A stretch of 41,639 nucleotides of DNA. Source: Myxococcota bacterium. GTDB taxonomy: Bacteria; Myxococcota_A; Polyangia; Polyangiales; Sandaracinaceae. Below are positions 39,490-41,639 of the stretch, piece by piece. Below the pieces are notes generated by a model. That model had not been told where the DNA came from, searched no databases, and was given only the letters and a program-made list of their open reading frames with translations. A program made the translations under genes and the position numbers. Location of the stretch: assembly GCA_036149055.1 (NCBI GenBank), contig JAYZQJ010000219.1, positions 1 through 41,639 on the forward strand, read 5' to 3'. Every line of letters starts with the position of its first letter. Within the stretch, counting starts at the first letter, position 1.

Positions 39490-40176
39490 ATGGAGAATCG
39501 CAAGCCCCTGATCTTCGGCCTCGTGGCCGTGGCCTTCACCCTCGGCCTGTCCTGCTGCGTAGGCGTCTTCGCCTTCGCGATGAGCAGCGGGCTGGAGAAC
39601 CTCGGGAGCGGCGCCGAGGTGGGAGACGAGTGTGATCGCGACCTCGACTGCGACCTGGACGCGAACCACACCTGCATGCAGGACGCCGCGGGCGGCTACT
39701 GCACCCCGACCTGCCAGACCAGCGACGGCTGCGCGCCCGGCTGGGTCTGCGAGGGGAGCACCGTGATCCGGAACGGGCGGGAGGTCGAAGCCGGGCAGCG
39801 CTGCATGCGCCCCGAGCCGGGTCGCGAGGCGCTCCAGACCGGGCACGCGCGGGTCACGGAGCTGACGGGCACGGTGCGCGGCGTCTCGGTCGGCACGCTC
39901 TGCAGCTACCGACAGATCGCGGTGCCGTCCGACGGCCCCCTCGACTCGCGCTGGGAGGTCTCCTGCGGCTCGACCTATCTCTACGGCGGCGGCACCGTCG
40001 GCTACAACCCGCGCACCGACCCCAGCTGGCCCGCCGGCGTGCTCGCGGACGACTCCGGCACCACCCGCGAGGACGGGGACCCCGCCCTGCGCGTCGAAGG
40101 CACGACCCTCGTCGTCCGCGACGACCGCGAGGGCCGCCACGGGGACTTCTCGGCCACCCTTCAGATCGAGCCGTAG
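39490..40176 (+). CDS. hypothetical membrane-anchored Cys-rich protein
   Basis: GAGGAG RBS; N-terminal TM; GDEC..D.DC...C...GGYCT..C repeat typical of myxobacterial surface proteins. Confidence 0.75.
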   Translation: MENRKPLIFGLVAVAFTLGLSCCVGVFAFAMSSGLENLGSGAEVGDECDRDLDCDLDANHTCMQDAAGGYCTPTCQTSDGCAPGWVCEGSTVIRNGREVEAGQRCMRPEPGREALQTGHARVTELTGTVRGVSVGTLCSYRQIAVPSDGPLDSRWEVSCGSTYLYGGGTVGYNPRTDPSWPAGVLADDSGTTREDGDPALRVEGTTLVVRDDREGRHGDFSATLQIEP

Positions 40177-40186
40177 TCATCCGGCA

Positions 40187-40212
40187 GGGGCGGGTCCACG
40201 CGGGCCCGCCCC
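40187..40212. terminator. GC-rich hairpin between convergent genes
   Basis: GGGGCGGGTCC-acgc-GGGCCCGCCCC forms an 11-bp stem; no U-tract. Confidence 0.4.
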
Positions 40213-40218
40213 CGCCCC

Positions 40219-40830
40219 TCACTCGACCCGCGCCAGGGTCCGGACGTGCACCCGCGCCGCCCCGGCCGCCGTCAGCGCCTCCGCGCAGGCGGCGAGGGTC
40301 GCCCCGGTGGTGCGCACGTCGTCGATCAACAGGACGCGCGCCTCCGTCGCGCGGGCGCGGAACGCGTCCCGCACGTTCGCCGCCCGGTCGGCCCGATCGA
40401 GGCTGGCCTGCGGCGGCGTGTCGCGGAGGCGGCGGAGGGCGCGCGGCCGCAGCGGCAGCCCGAGCGAGCGAGCCACCCGCCGCGCGAGGAGCGCCGACTG
40501 GTTGAACCCGCGCTCGGCGAGGCGCCGCCGATGCAGCGGCACCGGCACCACCACGTCGACCTCCCCGGCCAGCGACGCGCAGCCCCGGGCGAGCCTCCGC
40601 CCGAGCGGCTCCGCGAGCTCCGTGCGGTGGCGGTACTTGAGCTTGCGGATCGCCTCCGCCAGCGGGCCCCCGTAGAGATAGACGGCCCGCGGATCCGGCG
40701 ACGGCTCGAGCAGCGACGCGCACACCTCGCAGAAGCCGATGACCCCGGCCGGGAGCTCCGCCTCGCACCCGCCACACCGCCGGGGCGCCAGCAGATCCAG
40801 CATCCCCGAGACCAGGCTCCGAACGATCAT
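40219..40830 (-). CDS. comF: ComF family phosphoribosyltransferase-like protein
   Basis: CGGC..CEVC Zn ribbon; KLKY; VPVPLH..RL.ERGFNQS; LLIDDVRTTGATL. Confidence 0.9.
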   Translation of the reverse strand: MIVRSLVSGMLDLLAPRRCGGCEAELPAGVIGFCEVCASLLEPSPDPRAVYLYGGPLAEAIRKLKYRHRTELAEPLGRRLARGCASLAGEVDVVVPVPLHRRRLAERGFNQSALLARRVARSLGLPLRPRALRRLRDTPPQASLDRADRAANVRDAFRARATEARVLLIDDVRTTGATLAACAEALTAAGAARVHVRTLARVE

Positions 40831-40876
40831 GCGCCGCCCATCGGCCCTCGCCCCCGGGGGTTGCTACCGTGCGGCC

Positions 40877-41197
40877 GTGCCCATCCCCGACGAGGTCCTC
40901 GGCCGCATCGCGGCCACCGCGCTCGAGCTCGCCGACACCCCCGAGCTCGACACCTTCCTCCTCGGCGTCGCCGCCGACTCCGTGCGCGAGTCCGCCGCCC
41001 TCGGCGCCGACGCCGTCGTCGACGTCTTCCGCACCGACGACCCCGAAGAGGCTCGCGAAGTCCTCACCCACCTCGAAGCCACCCTCGAAGCCCACCCCCG
41101 CCGCCGCACCCTCCGGATCGACAACGCCCCCCTGCCTCCGTCCGCCGGCTCCGGTGGCACCCTGCGCGTGTACGTCGCCCTCTGGGCTCTGAGCTGA
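40877..41197 (+). CDS. hypothetical protein
   Basis: GC3-biased frame; TACCGT lies 6 nt before the GTG. Confidence 0.55.
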   Translation: MPIPDEVLGRIAATALELADTPELDTFLLGVAADSVRESAALGADAVVDVFRTDDPEEAREVLTHLEATLEAHPRRRTLRIDNAPLPPSAGSGGTLRVYVALWALS

Positions 41198-41358
41198 CCG
41201 CAGCTCGGTCCCCCCGACTCGCAGGAAGCGAGGAAGGCACGTCGCCCTCCGGCTCCGAGCTGACCCCGGCTCGGTCCCCCCGACTCGCAGGAAGCGAGGA
41301 AGGCACGTCGCCCTCCGACCGCGGCTCGGTCCCCCCGACTCGCAGGAAGCGAGGAAGG
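41172..41358. repeat. three tandem ~55-66 bp direct repeats
   Basis: Core GCTCGGTCCCCCCGACTCGCAGGAAGCGAGGAAGG at 41203, 41269 and 41324, each preceded by ACGTCGCCCTC. Confidence 0.9.
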
Positions 41359-41396
41359 TAGGAAGCGAGGAGAAAGAGAGGAAGTCAGGCCAGACC

Positions 41397-41492
41397 GGAG
41401 AAGGCGGTCAGCGAGCGCCAGCCGCCCGGCGAGACGGAGAAGGCGGCCAGCGAGCGCCAGCCGCAAACCGGAGAAAGGCGGCCAGCGAGCGC
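41397..41492. repeat. three ~36-bp tandem repeats
   Basis: CGGAGAA(A)GGCGG(T/C)CAGCGAGCGC occurs three times. Confidence 0.8.
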
Positions 41493-41639
41493 GTAGCGCG
41501 AGCGCGAGCCGCAGGGCCCCCAGCGCCCCGCGGTGGGGTCGCGGGGGCCCGCCGCCCCGCGCGGCGGGCGCGCGCCGGGGGGGGGGGGGGGGGCCCGGGG
41601 GGGGGGGCCCCAGGGGGGGGGGGGGTGGGAGGACACCCA

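Noticed and set aside
41172..41492. Possible CRISPR array
   Set aside because: The sequences between repeat cores are near-identical rather than unique spacers, and there are no cas genes
41575..41639. Poly-G runs as a G-quadruplex element
   Set aside because: Long G homopolymers at the sequence end are most likely low-quality or artefactual sequence

Overview
Very GC-rich bacterial chromosomal segment with about 37 densely packed genes. Gene content points to Myxococcota (Polyangia/Sandaracinaceae-like): Ser/Thr kinase with a PEGA/TPR partner, an AgmX/GltG-like gliding protein, a TonB-fused receptor, Cys-rich lipoproteins and sigma-54 regulation. The taxon is inferred from gene content only. 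Recognisable housekeeping genes are cysC, cysH, mltG, ruvX, glk, sua5, smpB, comF, an xdhC-family gene, HMG-CoA synthase and a TIGR03960/TIGR03936 radical SAM fusion. I found no CRISPR array, rRNA, tRNA, prophage or transposase. The best leads are: (1) a GT2 glycosyltransferase whose C-terminal domain resembles eukaryotic queuosine-tRNA galactosyltransferase QTGAL/B3GNTL1; (2) a sigma-54-driven MBL hydrolase plus cNMP-type GAF enhancer-binding protein, possibly a cyclic-nucleotide feedback module; (3) a kinase-PEGA-double-HTH-vWA lipoprotein cluster; (4) TAnnnT -10 boxes 5-7 nt before several start codons, suggesting leaderless mRNAs; (5) several intergenic repeat families. All family calls come from motif recognition by eye. 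No searches were run.
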